This document shows, piece after piece, positions 31,641 to 42,614 of a DNA stretch of 64,000 nucleotides. Origin of the DNA: Candidatus Latescibacterota bacterium. Lineage in GTDB: Bacteria; Latescibacterota; CBDEFO01. The notes beneath the pieces were generated by a model. That model was not told the DNA's origin. It saw only the letters and a program-made list of their open reading frames with translations, and ran no database searches. The translations under genes and the position numbers were made by a program. Numbering within the stretch: the first letter of the stretch is position 1; every line of letters begins with the position of its first letter. Location: positions 1,216,001-1,280,000 of the forward strand of contig CBDEFO010000008.1 in the NCBI GenBank assembly GCA_965237525.1, in the 5' to 3' direction.

Positions 31641-33434
31641 CTAATGTTTGCTGTCTGCTGCCTTTCTTGCGAGTATCTTCTGAGCAGTTCTCACTTCGGC
31701 AGAGTATCTTTCGTAGTCATATTCTTCCCAGTCTATTATCATGTGTTCTGCCAGGATGGGGTGGATCTCTCCGATTTTCGCGGCGATCTTCTGGGCCAAT
31801 CTCCTGTACGAACGATGGCCCGCCCTACCGCTTCTGAGCTCGCAAAGATGATATGCCTCCCTTAAGTGCATCTTCACCACCCATCGTATCCTGTACCCGA
31901 AAGCTACCGCGTACTGAGACTCTAAGGGGAGATCTACGGCAATTGTCTGCGCCGCTTGTGCGCTTTTTTCCATAGAGCGGTCGAAGCGCTCCTTGAATTT
32001 CACTTCGGGTATAGCTCCGTCTGCCTCCAAGAGTTCCTCCGGCGTGTCGTAGCCGTGCAGCGGCGTGAGCAACTGGCGTTCCTGTGTGAGCATCCTGTGT
32101 CTTTGTAGATCTCGATACGCCCCGTAATCTGCAAGCAGTTCAAATACGTAGTCTGTAAATTCAAAAGCTCTCGGTGGTTTATGGCGGTAATTTGTTCGGC
32201 TCGATAGTACCTGCTTTATGGCCCTTCGTCTTTCTTCCTGGCCCATCTTTTGGACATAACCTTCGATCTGCTCCCAGGGCTCATTGCGATCTTCGTAAAG
32301 GAGAGCTGTAACTACAGCAACTTCTGCGGTCTGTCTATCGGTGCATCTGATCAATGTGACAGGATCGCTGTCTTCTACGGGCCCTAACTCAAGCTCTGAA
32401 GCGAACTTAGCTCTTGCAGATCTTCTGTTTTTCATAAATTCTATCGCCATCTGACCGTGTCTTTTCTTGACGCGCTCCACTGCGGCGGGAATGACCTTTC
32501 TTATTTCATCAAGGTAGGATTCGGCAATGCGGCGAGATTCGAAAAGTTCGTTGGCGAAAAGTTCGGTTATAAGGTGTTCGTGAGATCTGCCGTTGGCAAA
32601 GACGCCGACGTTGGTGAGCGTTGAGCCGGGAAGCAGGTAGCGCAAAATGTCACAGTACTTGCCCCTGATGGTGCGGTTATAAGCGCTTATAGCCTGTTCG
32701 AGGACTGCCTCGTCCTTTATGTCCTTGATCTTCAGGGGTTCGGAGTCCCTTTCGATCTGGAAGGGAAATTCTCCTCGGGGGCTCTTCCCTCTGAGGAACT
32801 CCCGCAGGGGATCTAGAAGGTCACTGTACGTGCTCAAGAGGAGTCTATTTGTGCTTTCGTACAGTTCGCGGTGCTCCGACGCCATAATCTGCGGTTCCTT
32901 ATAGAAGTTGTCAGCCTCGAAGACGACGTATCTTGTGGACTTTTCCAAAGGTGAGAGCAGACGGGGGTCCTCAAGGATTTTCGTGACGATGTTGGAGACA
33001 CCTTCAAAGGCTATGTGAGCACCCATAAGTTCATTTACGGATTCGTCTCCATATTGTTCCAGGACCCTTGAGTAGAACTCTTCACCACTTCTGATGGACT
33101 CCGTCGGGTCGAGTAGCTGCTTATAGACTCCAATGGCTATCTGGAGCGCAGTCGAGGAGTCTATCGTCTTTGCCGGATCAAGCCTTCTAGTGACGTCAAC
33201 GATGAAATCTCTTATATTTTTGATTCCGAGGTCTGTGTCTTTGAGGAATTCATCTAAAAGAACTCTCCTTAAACTTTTTCTGGATCTGCTGTACCTGGAG
33301 AATCCCGCTCCGGCCACCACCTGAGGAAGTGCGTTTGTCAGAGCGAAGATCGGTTCACGAAGATTGGTAACGTAGGGACTAAGTATCTCTTCCTCTTCTT
33401 TTGTGAATGTTTCTGGAGATTTTTCCTCTGACAT
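31641..33434 (-). CDS. thyX: FAD-dependent thymidylate synthase, tandem-domain long form
   Basis: SRYSRS, YGDESV, EKSTRY and DLQRHRM motifs. Confidence 0.85.
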   Translation of the reverse strand: MSEEKSPETFTKEEEEILSPYVTNLREPIFALTNALPQVVAGAGFSRYSRSRKSLRRVLLDEFLKDTDLGIKNIRDFIVDVTRRLDPAKTIDSSTALQIAIGVYKQLLDPTESIRSGEEFYSRVLEQYGDESVNELMGAHIAFEGVSNIVTKILEDPRLLSPLEKSTRYVVFEADNFYKEPQIMASEHRELYESTNRLLLSTYSDLLDPLREFLRGKSPRGEFPFQIERDSEPLKIKDIKDEAVLEQAISAYNRTIRGKYCDILRYLLPGSTLTNVGVFANGRSHEHLITELFANELFESRRIAESYLDEIRKVIPAAVERVKKRHGQMAIEFMKNRRSARAKFASELELGPVEDSDPVTLIRCTDRQTAEVAVVTALLYEDRNEPWEQIEGYVQKMGQEERRRAIKQVLSSRTNYRHKPPRAFEFTDYVFELLADYGAYRDLQRHRMLTQERQLLTPLHGYDTPEELLEADGAIPEVKFKERFDRSMEKSAQAAQTIAVDLPLESQYAVAFGYRIRWVVKMHLREAYHLCELRSGRAGHRSYRRLAQKIAAKIGEIHPILAEHMIIDWEEYDYERYSAEVRTAQKILARKAADSKH

Positions 33435-33534
33435 CGACGAAACTCCAATCACCAGTTGACCTTCAGTATCTGAGGGCAGACCCACGTGTCTGTCCTGAAA
33501 ATACCGATAAATCCGCGAACACTTGGGTCGGCCC

Positions 33535-34344
33535 CTACTTATGGATTTTGCCCTTCAGATACTCGAAGCACCTTCTGTATCCTGCTTGGGGATTCTCGCC
33601 TCCTTCGTACTCAGCGCACCATACGCCGTCGTAGCCCGCATCCTTTAGACATCGTACTGCCCTGGTTAAGTCTATTTCCCCCTCTCCCAACGCAGCACCC
33701 TGATAATCTCCAAGACTTCCACTTCCGTCCTTCATATGGACGTGAAAAACCCACGGGGCTATCATCTCACAGAATTTCCCCACGGTCTGCGGGTCGTGTC
33801 CGAACCATCTGTAATTCATAGTATCCAGATTCGCTCCGATGTTTTTGGACCCGACTCTATCGAAGATCTCTATCTGACGATCGGCGTCATTCGTCACATA
33901 ACCGTGATTATCAACAGCAAGGAGGATGCCCACTTTCTCGATGAAGTCAACGCACCTCTTGAAGCAGTCCACCATTGCATCGACCCATCTCTCATCAGGC
34001 ACAGATTCTTTCGGCTGCCCACCCTCAGTCCTCAATACGTTCGTCCCCAATATCACGGCCAGACCGCATATCCTCTTCATTCTGTTTACCTGGAACTCTA
34101 TCTCTTTCTCTGCCAACTGCACAAAATCGTTGGACGCGGAAAGCGCGGAGACAGACAAGCCTCTCGATTCGAGTTCTCTTTTCACCTCTTCGGCCTTCTT
34201 TTCAGGATTGACTGCCTGGCTTTCCCAGACATCTCTTATCTGGAGTTCCACGTAACCGTATCCCGTATCCACTGCATAGTCCAGGAAATTTTCCAAGGAA
34301 TATTGTGGAAAGTTGTAGTGAATCACGCCGATTTTCCTTCTCAT
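33535..34344 (-). CDS. Sugar phosphate isomerase/epimerase (TIM barrel)
   Basis: DNHG, NLDTMN, HVHMKD and CAEYEG motifs. Confidence 0.85.
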   Translation of the reverse strand: MRRKIGVIHYNFPQYSLENFLDYAVDTGYGYVELQIRDVWESQAVNPEKKAEEVKRELESRGLSVSALSASNDFVQLAEKEIEFQVNRMKRICGLAVILGTNVLRTEGGQPKESVPDERWVDAMVDCFKRCVDFIEKVGILLAVDNHGYVTNDADRQIEIFDRVGSKNIGANLDTMNYRWFGHDPQTVGKFCEMIAPWVFHVHMKDGSGSLGDYQGAALGEGEIDLTRAVRCLKDAGYDGVWCAEYEGGENPQAGYRRCFEYLKGKIHK

Positions 34345-34675
34345 ATCCTATCACATTCTATCTGCGTTAAGGTTACGCCGGTCCTCCTTATGATACCCAA
34401 TAGATCAATATAATAAACTCCCCGTCTCTTGTCAACTAACGCGGCAGCCAAAATTGCCCGTTTTCCTTCCAGAAAGTTCTTCAGCCACCTGGTGGTTCAC
34501 TGCCCCTTACTCAGCAAAGTGTCCACGCCACCTTCTACGGGAACTTTTCAAAAAATGTTCTCTTTACTATCCGACTGCATCAAAAGTCAACATTTTACTT
34601 GCAAATAATATTTTAATTGCATATATTTGACAGTAGATTTAGGTATTTGCCGATAGTTTCAGAATCCGGAGAGGG

Positions 34676-35392
34676 ATGCCTGCTTTGAGCGGTGGCTTTC
34701 AACAAGGAGTCTGGGGGCTCGTAACAAATGCGGGTCCGGTTGCAAAGACGATCCTTCTGATACTGTTTATGTTCTCTGTGGTGTCCTGGGCGATTGTAGT
34801 TAAAAAGTTGATCTCCTTCAGGAGAATTTACAGAGAATCCCAAAAGTTCCTCGACTTTTTCCGCTCCGGCGCTGATATGTCGGACATCCATCGAGCTTAT
34901 CGTCAGTTCAGGAACAGTCCTCTCTTTAGGCTCTTTGAAAGGGGCTACCGAAGGATTCAAAAGGACAGGCAGGTGTCCTATCGTAACTCCAAACGAGCGG
35001 ACGGTCCCTCCCCAGAATTTCTGCAGGAGGATAGAAAGACCATAGAAGACGCATTACAGGTCGAAGCGTCGGCGGAGATCTTGAAAATGGAACAGTATAT
35101 GGGCTTTCTGGCAACCACGGCCAGTGTCAGCCCTTTCTTCGGGCTTTTGGGGACCGTGTGGGGTGTGATGATCGCCTTTATAAATATAGGCCAGCGAGGC
35201 TCGGCAAGCATCGGCGTGGTGGCTCCGGGGATCGCTGAAGCTTTGATTACGACCATCGCCGGGCTGGCGACTGCTATACCGGCCGTCATCGCTTATAACT
35301 ATTTCTTGGGGAAATTAGAGGGCGTTAGGAATCTGATGGAGGAGTTCGCTTTTGAGTTTGTCTGCACTCTTTTGGAGGAGCCGAAGCTATGA
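34676..35392 (+). CDS. tolQ: MotA/TolQ/ExbB proton channel, copy 1
   Basis: SPFFGLLGTVWG and APGIAEALITT motifs. Confidence 0.92.
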   Translation: MPALSGGFQQGVWGLVTNAGPVAKTILLILFMFSVVSWAIVVKKLISFRRIYRESQKFLDFFRSGADMSDIHRAYRQFRNSPLFRLFERGYRRIQKDRQVSYRNSKRADGPSPEFLQEDRKTIEDALQVEASAEILKMEQYMGFLATTASVSPFFGLLGTVWGVMIAFINIGQRGSASIGVVAPGIAEALITTIAGLATAIPAVIAYNYFLGKLEGVRNLMEEFAFEFVCTLLEEPKL

Positions 35393-35793
35393 AGATCAGG
35401 CGGTCGGCTCTTTCTGAGATAAACGTCACATCTTTGGTAGATGTGACAATGGTGCTCTTAATCATCTTCATAATCACCGCGCCTACACTCCAGGAATGGG
35501 TCGACCTTAAACTGCCCAAGGCTAAGGTCGAAAAGTCGGACATTAAAGAGGGGATCGTGATAAGTGTTACCAAAGACGGATCGATCTTCCTGGACAAAAC
35601 AAAGATCTCTTACACTAACTTCGATGCGGAGTTCTCAGAAGTTTGGAGAAAAGGTAGTATAAACTCCGTCTTCTTAAGGGCGGACAGAGGGGTTGAGTAT
35701 GGGAAAGTGGTAGATATCATAGGCAAGATAAAGGCTTTGGGCAGGGAGGAACTCGGTCTAATTGTCGAATCGGAACATGCCGATGCAAATTAA
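35389..35793 (+). CDS. tolR: TolR/ExbD, copy 1 (intact)
   Basis: EINVTSLVDVTMVLLIIF..LRADRGV. Confidence 0.9.
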   Translation: MKIRRSALSEINVTSLVDVTMVLLIIFIITAPTLQEWVDLKLPKAKVEKSDIKEGIVISVTKDGSIFLDKTKISYTNFDAEFSEVWRKGSINSVFLRADRGVEYGKVVDIIGKIKALGREELGLIVESEHADAN

Positions 35794-35795
35794 AA

Positions 35796-36110
35796 ATGAA
35801 GCGAATAATCTTACTATCTCTTCTGGCGCATGTGACTTTTATTGGCGCACTTGGATTTCTGCCGGGTTGGACCAGCACCAAACGGGTAGAATACGAGCCA
35901 GTATATACGGTAAACCTTCTAACGCCTTCGGAATTGACCCGAGTTAAGAAAGTCCAGACATCCAGCGCTAGAAAGGCACCTGCTGGTGGTTCACTGCCCC
36001 TTACTCAGCAAAGTGGCCACGCCACCTTGCACGGGAACTTTTCAAAAATTTGTTTCTTTACTATCCAACTGCATCAAAAGTCAACATTTTACTTGCAAAT
36101 CATATTCTAA
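35796..36110 (+). pseudogene. Truncated tolA/tonB 5' fragment fused to the duplicated promoter region
   Basis: First ~62 aa match 37291-37944, then the frame runs into the duplication junction. Confidence 0.85.
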
Positions 36111-36169
36111 TTGCATATATTTAGCAGTAGATTTAGGTATTTGCCGATAGTTTCAGAATCCGGAGAGGG

Positions 36170-36886
36170 ATGCCTGCTTTGAACGGTGGCTTTCAACAAG
36201 GAGTCTGGGGGCTCGTAATAAATGCGGGTCCGGTTGCAAAGACGATCCTTCTGGTACTTTTTATGTTCTCTGTGGTGTCCTGGGCGATTGTAGTTCAAAA
36301 GTTAATCTCCTTCAGGAGAATTTACAGAGAATCCCAAAAGCTCCTCGACTTTTTCCGCTCCGGAGCTGATATATCGGACATACGTCGAGCTTATCGTCAG
36401 TTCAGGAACAGTCCTCTCTTTAGGCTCTTTGAAAGGGGCTGCCGAAGGATTCAAAAGGACAGGCAGGTGTCCTATCGTAACTCCAAACGAGCGGACGGTC
36501 CCTCCCCAGAATTTCTGCAGGAGGATAGAAAGACCATAGAAGACGCATTACAGGTCGAAGCGTCGGCGGAGATCTTGAAAATGGAACAGTATATGGGCTT
36601 TCTGGCAACCACGGCCAGTGTCAGCCCTTTCTTCGGGCTTTTGGGGACCGTGTGGGGTGTGATGATCGCCTTTATAAATATAGGCCAGCGAGGCTCGGCA
36701 AGCATCGGCGTGGTGGCTCCGGGGATCGCTGAAGCTTTGATTACGACCATCGCCGGGCTGGCGACTGCTATACCGGCTGTCATCGCATATAACTATTTCT
36801 TGGGGAAATTGGAGGGCGTTAGGAATCTCATGGAGGAGTTCGCTTTTGAGTTTGTCTGCACTCTTTTGGAGGAGCCGAAGCTATGA
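36170..36886 (+). CDS. tolQ: MotA/TolQ/ExbB proton channel, copy 2
   Basis: Near-identical to copy 1. Confidence 0.92.
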   Translation: MPALNGGFQQGVWGLVINAGPVAKTILLVLFMFSVVSWAIVVQKLISFRRIYRESQKLLDFFRSGADISDIRRAYRQFRNSPLFRLFERGCRRIQKDRQVSYRNSKRADGPSPEFLQEDRKTIEDALQVEASAEILKMEQYMGFLATTASVSPFFGLLGTVWGVMIAFINIGQRGSASIGVVAPGIAEALITTIAGLATAIPAVIAYNYFLGKLEGVRNLMEEFAFEFVCTLLEEPKL

Positions 36887-37288
36887 AGATCAGGCGGTCG
36901 TCTCTTTCTGAGATAAACATCACTTCTTTAGGTAGATGTGACGATGGTGCTCTTAATAATCTTCATAATCACCGCGCCTACACTCCAGGAATGGGTAGAC
37001 CTTAAACTCCCCAAGGTCAAGGTCGAAAGGGTGGACATTAAAGAGGGGATCGTGATAAGTGTTACCAAAGACGGATCGATCTTCCTGGACAAAACAAAGA
37101 TCTCATACACTAACTTCGATCAGGAGTTCTCAGAAGTTTGGAGAAAAGGTAGTATTAGCTCCGTCTTCTTAAGGGCGGACAGAGTGGTTGAGTATGGGAA
37201 AGTGGTGGATATCATAGCCAAGATAAAGGCTTTGGGCAGGGAGGAACTCGGTCTAATTGTCGAATCGGAACATGCCGATGCAAATTAA
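36883..37288 (+). pseudogene. tolR: tolR copy 2, +1 frameshift
   Basis: tctttAggtag at about 36930 versus tctttggtag in copy 1. Confidence 0.88.
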
Positions 37289-37290
37289 AA

Positions 37291-37944
37291 ATGAAGCGAA
37301 TAATCTTACTATCTCTTCTGGCGCATGTGACTTTTATTGGCGCACTTGGATTTCTGCCGGGTTGGACCAGCACCAAACGGGTAGAATACGAGCCAGTATA
37401 TACGGTAAACGTTCTAACCCCTTCGGAATTGCCACGGGTCAAGAAAGTCCAGACATCCAGCGCAAGAAAGGCACCTGCCACCCGCAAGCTGGTTCGTGTC
37501 CAGGACAATACGAAAAAGATACCTTTAGAGACCCCTAAAAGACCTAGAAAACCCAAAAAGAAAGAAAGTAAAAAAGAGGACAAAGGACAGAAGGCACCAG
37601 AGAAAAAGCCTGATGGTGCGCATGAGAACCTCCAAAGCCAGAATATCAGGCTTGACGCTGAGTCCTTCCCGTATCCGGAGTACCTGGAGAATATAGTGGA
37701 TAGGATAAAGTCAAATTGGATTCCGACCTTAAGTGCCGATAGAAATAGCGCACCATCGGTGACTATCTTCTTCCGAATCGGTAGAGATGGGACTATTTCG
37801 GATGTATTTGTAGAAGTCGGGTCAGGATCTGTGCCGTTCGACAAAGCAACCCTAAGTGCGGTGTTAGCTTCAGATCCTATGCTTCCACTTCCGCCCCAGT
37901 TCCGTCAGGAGAACTTAGGTGTGCACTTTGTCTTCGAATACTAA
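37291..37944 (+). CDS. TolA/TonB C-terminal domain protein
   Basis: TM with SxxxH motif (SLLAH), Lys/Pro linker, TonB_2-like C-terminus. Confidence 0.85.
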   Translation: MKRIILLSLLAHVTFIGALGFLPGWTSTKRVEYEPVYTVNVLTPSELPRVKKVQTSSARKAPATRKLVRVQDNTKKIPLETPKRPRKPKKKESKKEDKGQKAPEKKPDGAHENLQSQNIRLDAESFPYPEYLENIVDRIKSNWIPTLSADRNSAPSVTIFFRIGRDGTISDVFVEVGSGSVPFDKATLSAVLASDPMLPLPPQFRQENLGVHFVFEY

Positions 37945-39463
37945 AAGCCTTGTGGAATAGTTATGTCCCAGGCAGCGTCTGAAGCGCCGATTATGGGTCA
38001 AAGAGTAGTATATCGTATCGTTTTGCTGTGGAATAAGCAAAATAGTCTTATCAGAGTTCTGGTCAGCAAGGAATAGGAGCTGTTTGAAGAACAGGATGCA
38101 CTGTCTTTGACAGACAGGGCACACATAGACGCTTTCCCCCTTCTTATGAAAGATACAAGCCTCTTGAGATTCTGTACTGTTGCAACAAGATTCAACTGTT
38201 CATTCAGTGAGGCTGGTCCTCTATAACGGGCTCGTCCCATACCGTGTTGTTGCCTGGCTTCAGCAAAGATATGTTCACTGCGTTTACGGAGTCTCCGGGA
38301 GAGTTTGTAGTCAGCTGTTAATGAGATAGACCGTGCATGATTTCTGGCTTTCGCCTCTCGCACTTTTCTATCCCGTTCGGCCTGAATATGTGCTGGATTT
38401 GTCTTGTTTTTCCATGTAGGAATCGGTTCAATCTTCTCATCGGCTCGCAGAGGAATATGGGGTATGATTCCCCGGTCAAGTACATCAGCGATAAAATTAC
38501 CAGAACCGTAACCGGTATCGGCACTAAGTGTCTGAATGTCTTTGGGCATGGTGTATGTTTCAAGGTCATCTACCATCTTAAGGGCACTTTCGGGCTCTGC
38601 TGTCCCTGCCGCCTGCGTGCCCTGAGTCTCAAGGATTACTCTGCTTTTTGTGTCGATCAGATCATGGCCCATAAACGAGAGAAAAGCCCCTTTGCCCTTC
38701 GATTTGCTGTATAAGCGCGCGTCGGGGTCTGTAGTCGAACGGTGTGTTTGGTTCGTCCACTTTTCACCATGAAAGTCTTTATCCTGAGGATGCCCGGACC
38801 TACCCTTTGTCTTATCACCTTCAAAACCGATTCCCTTGAGATAATCATCAAGAGAAACAGGGGGTTCTATCGGCTCAATACTTTTCACTGAAGCATCAGC
38901 TTGTATCTGAGTGCCGTCGACACTAAGGTGTTTACCGCTCACAAGACCGACATCTATGCAACACTGGACTACCTGACGCATTATCCGTTCAAACAACCCA
39001 CTGGATGCCCACTTGTGATTGCGAAGCTTGTTGATCGTGCTCCTATCCGGAACCGCATCATCAAATGTCTGATGACAAAACAACCGATATGCCGCATGCA
39101 TCCCCACTTCCTGACAGAGCCGATTCTCACTCAAATTATACAGATAGCCAATAAGGATCATTCGAACAACTAATTCAGGATCAATACCGGGTCTGCCATT
39201 GTCAGGGCAATAACAATCTGATACAACGTCTCGTACAAATGAAAAATCAACTGCCTCATCAATCTGACGAAGGATATAATCCTCGGGAACTAAATCCTCC
39301 ATCTGAAAATAGTGAAACACCGGATTTGTCTGTTCCTGCTTTTGTGGGGTCATTGTTTCCTCCATGTATAATATTATCAATAACATAATATAATACATCG
39401 GAGCTGCTTTATCAATGCTTGTTCTATACTACTTTCTGAATCTAAGGGTTTTTCACAAGGCTT
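37945..39463 (-). mobile_element. IS1182-family element, copy 2 (intact transposase 37998-39398)
   Basis: Same TIRs; CTAA duplication at 37941-37944 and 39464-39467; inserted at the tolA stop codon. Confidence 0.95.
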
Positions 39464-39476
39464 CTAAAAGAGTGAA

Positions 39477-40817
39477 GTGTTAATGCAAAGATATAGTTTT
39501 AGGCACATTTTCATTTTTGCTCTTTCTCTTTCTCTTTTTGAACCCCACGGAATTGTCGCACCACCTTCGGCATTTTCCCAGTCAGAGGTATATTTGGGGA
39601 TTAAGGGCGGGCGATTAAAGAGAATACCTATTGCAGTGGACGATTTCACGTCCGATGGGATCTGGGGGGAGAACAGAAAGGTAGCTTCGACGACCCTGGA
39701 TGTCTTTAAGGCCGATCTCCAGAGTTCAGGCCTTTTCGATCTTATGGATAGCTCCGCTCTTAAGGACAGTTTATCTGTCCAGTCGGGAAAGATAGACAGA
39801 TGGAAATCGCTAGGGGCTCGAGCCTTAATCAGCGGAAACATAAAGGAAGACAAAGATAGAGTTTCCATCGCTGTGAAGCTATTTGATGTCTCGGTTGGAC
39901 AGCTCTTATCGGTGGAGGAGTACGATGTTGCAGAAAAGGATGCCCGTTGGGTGGGTCACCAGATCAGCGATGACATCGTATATGCCCTGACAGGAGAACA
40001 GGGAATCTCCAGAACTCTGATAACCTTTGTCTCAAAGAGAAGCGGCTACAAAGAGATCCATATTGTGGATCAGGACGGATATGGAGAAAGACAGGTCACC
40101 CTACAAAGATCCATCATTACGTCTCCCTGTTGGTCTCCTGACGGCAGCAAGATAGCCTACAGTCTATACGATGACGGTCGTGAAAACTGGGATCTATATA
40201 CGTTGGATTTAAAGAGCAGTGTCTCTCTTATCGTGTCTAAATTCAGAGGGTTGAACATTGCCCCCTCCTGGTCGCACGACGGTGCCAGGATAGCGTTTAC
40301 GATGAGCAGGGCAGGCAACTCTGACATATACACTGTCGATCCTCCTGACGGAGGGAATCTGCGCCGCTTGACGTACAAGCCGGGGATAGATACGTCACCT
40401 GTATGGTCTCCGGACGACAAGAGAATCGCCTTCACCTCCGATCGCTCGGGAAATCCCAAGATATATGTGATGAACGCAGATGGGACGGGCGCAAGGAGAC
40501 TCACCTGGAGCGCCGACGCTTACGAGGACTCAGCAAACTGGTCGCCGAGGGGGAACAGGATAGCGTTTGTGTCCAGGGGGACTTACCTGTTTGACATCTA
40601 CATCTCGGACATCTACGGCGAAAATGTGATGAGGCTTACGTCCAACGCAGGTAGCAATGAAAACCCCGTCTGGTCACCAGATGGCCTTCGCATCGCCTTC
40701 AGTTCGACCAGGAGCGGAAGGTCTGAAATCTACGTGATGAACTGGGACGGATCAGATCAAAGACGGATTACGTCTGGCGGAGGCAACTACTCTCCGTCGT
40801 GGTCGCCGAGACTCTAA
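39477..40817 (+). CDS. tolB: Tol-Pal beta-propeller protein
   Basis: IPIAV N-terminal domain and WSPDG (PD40) repeats. Confidence 0.93.
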   Translation: MLMQRYSFRHIFIFALSLSLFEPHGIVAPPSAFSQSEVYLGIKGGRLKRIPIAVDDFTSDGIWGENRKVASTTLDVFKADLQSSGLFDLMDSSALKDSLSVQSGKIDRWKSLGARALISGNIKEDKDRVSIAVKLFDVSVGQLLSVEEYDVAEKDARWVGHQISDDIVYALTGEQGISRTLITFVSKRSGYKEIHIVDQDGYGERQVTLQRSIITSPCWSPDGSKIAYSLYDDGRENWDLYTLDLKSSVSLIVSKFRGLNIAPSWSHDGARIAFTMSRAGNSDIYTVDPPDGGNLRRLTYKPGIDTSPVWSPDDKRIAFTSDRSGNPKIYVMNADGTGARRLTWSADAYEDSANWSPRGNRIAFVSRGTYLFDIYISDIYGENVMRLTSNAGSNENPVWSPDGLRIAFSSTRSGRSEIYVMNWDGSDQRRITSGGGNYSPSWSPRL

Positions 40818-41059
40818 TTTGACAGTGGCCTTGACAATTAAATCGGGCGAAAACGGGGGTTCGCCCCTATGCAATATGTCGTAGGGGTACACGCGTGTTC
40901 GTCCTCATAAAACCGAAGGTGGAGAAAAGAAAGGGGGTGATATCTTAGCTTAACCTGGGATATGGCATGTTTCTGTAAGCAACAAGGACATGCGCACTAG
41001 ATGTGTCAATCGTTTTCATCGTTGGGTTAGTTCTATCCAAAGGGAAGGAGAATCTCAAA

Positions 41060-41665
41060 ATGAAGCGGTTCACCAATCTCGCAACGGCAGTATTGTTTGC
41101 TCTTGCCGTAGCCTTTGTGCTCTCGAGCTGCGCTGCCAAGAAGCCGCTGGTAGATGAGGAGGCTGTAAGAGCTGAACAGGAGAAGCTGGCAGTCGAAGAG
41201 GCAGAGAGAAAAGCTGAAGAGGAAAGGAAAAAAGCTGAGGCAGAAAAAAGGAGAGCTGAAGAGGAAAGGAAAAAAGCTGAAGAGGAAACAAAGAGAGCGG
41301 AGGCAAGGGAGATTAAGCTAAATGAGTTGCAGACCAGCTTGCGGGACATCAACTTCGATTTCGACAAGTACTTTGTCAGGGACGACGCCAAGCCCATCCT
41401 GGAGGAACACGCCAAGAACCTTGGGGAAAACCCTGATGTAAAGATCTTGATAGAGGGCAACTGCGACGAGCGCGGGACGATAGAGTACAATTTGGTGTTA
41501 GGGGAGAAAAGGGCAACAAGCGCCAGAAACTATCTAGTGAACCTCGGGGTCGATGAGGTTCGGCTGTCCACAGTTAGCTACGGCGAAGAAAGACCCTTAG
41601 ACCCGGGCCATAACACAGAGGCGTGGGCGAAAAATAGGAGGGCGACGTTTGTTTTGGTCAGATAG
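41060..41665 (+). CDS. pal: Peptidoglycan-associated lipoprotein
   Basis: Lipobox LSSC, INFDFDK, EGNCDERGT and WAKNRR motifs. Confidence 0.93.
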   Translation: MKRFTNLATAVLFALAVAFVLSSCAAKKPLVDEEAVRAEQEKLAVEEAERKAEEERKKAEAEKRRAEEERKKAEEETKRAEAREIKLNELQTSLRDINFDFDKYFVRDDAKPILEEHAKNLGENPDVKILIEGNCDERGTIEYNLVLGEKRATSARNYLVNLGVDEVRLSTVSYGEERPLDPGHNTEAWAKNRRATFVLVR

Positions 41666-41819
41666 AGGCGGTTTCTGATCCTCCTGACCTTGTGGTAAGT
41701 AGGAGTCAAATTTTCCTCTTTTGCTCATTTTAGGCTCCAAATCCATTTGAGGGTTAGAGACAAACCCTGACCCTCTTAATTGTCGTGTAAAGTCGAGTCC
41801 GTCTTTGGTTTGCAGGCTG

Positions 41820-42614
41820 ATGATGAGAATCCATAAGATATTTAGAGGCGTCCCGATCCTACTGGGATTATCGGTATTAGTTGTTTTACTTTTGGGAAGT
41901 GCAGTCAAGAAGGGCAAAAAATCTCCAAGTGTCCAGGAACAGTTGAACCAGATCTCCGCTTCGATAAGTGCCATAGATAGCCTGCTGAGGGACCAGGAGG
42001 GGGCCTCCAGAAGAATCGGGGCGGATTTGATGGTCAGGATCGAGGCTCTGGAGAGGCAAGTACAGGTACTCAACAGCAAGATAACTGACAACAGCAACCG
42101 GCTCGCCAGGTTCTCTGAGAAGCTGGATGCTATCCAGCTTTATGGTGGGGGACGCCCAGTCTCTTCAGATGGAGATACTTCCAAGCCTGCAAAGGCAGTT
42201 ATGACCTTTAAGACGAACCTGAAGGTCGATCCGAAAACCCTCTACGATAGTGCGTATTCGGACATTAAAGAGGGAAACTATCAATTAGCTATCGCCGAGT
42301 TCTCCAGGTACCTTTCTGATTTCCCACAGACTGACCTTGCAGATAACGCTCAATATTGGATCGGCGAATGTTACTACGTTCAAGGGGAATATAAAAAGGC
42401 GCTCGTGGAGTTTCAGAAGGTCCTGGGAAAATATCCAAATTCTGAAAAGATTCCAGGGGTCCTGCTTAAGATGGGGTACACCCTATCTGAGTTGAAAGAC
42501 CACAAGGGCGCTGTCAAATATCTCAAAGACCTTGTAAAGAAGTTTCCTTCTTCTTATGAGGCAAAGTTAGCAAAGGAGAGGTTAAAATCGGTTTCCAAAA
42601 AGAGCAGGAGATAA
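41820..42614 (+). CDS. cpoB: Tol-Pal coordinator CpoB/YbgF
   Basis: Coiled coil plus TPR (ADNAQYWIGE); follows pal. Confidence 0.88.
   Translation: MMRIHKIFRGVPILLGLSVLVVLLLGSAVKKGKKSPSVQEQLNQISASISAIDSLLRDQEGASRRIGADLMVRIEALERQVQVLNSKITDNSNRLARFSEKLDAIQLYGGGRPVSSDGDTSKPAKAVMTFKTNLKVDPKTLYDSAYSDIKEGNYQLAIAEFSRYLSDFPQTDLADNAQYWIGECYYVQGEYKKALVEFQKVLGKYPNSEKIPGVLLKMGYTLSELKDHKGAVKYLKDLVKKFPSSYEAKLAKERLKSVSKKSRR

Larger units (their letters stand above)
34489..37478 (+). repeat. Tandem duplication of ~1494 bp (tolQ-tolR-5' tolA)
   Basis: 34489-35982 versus 35983-37478, highly similar with scattered substitutions. Confidence 0.95.

Noticed and set aside
12020..37944. Composite transposon or inversion between the two IS1182 copies
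   Set aside because: Each copy has its own CTAA duplication and both native flanks rejoin sensibly.
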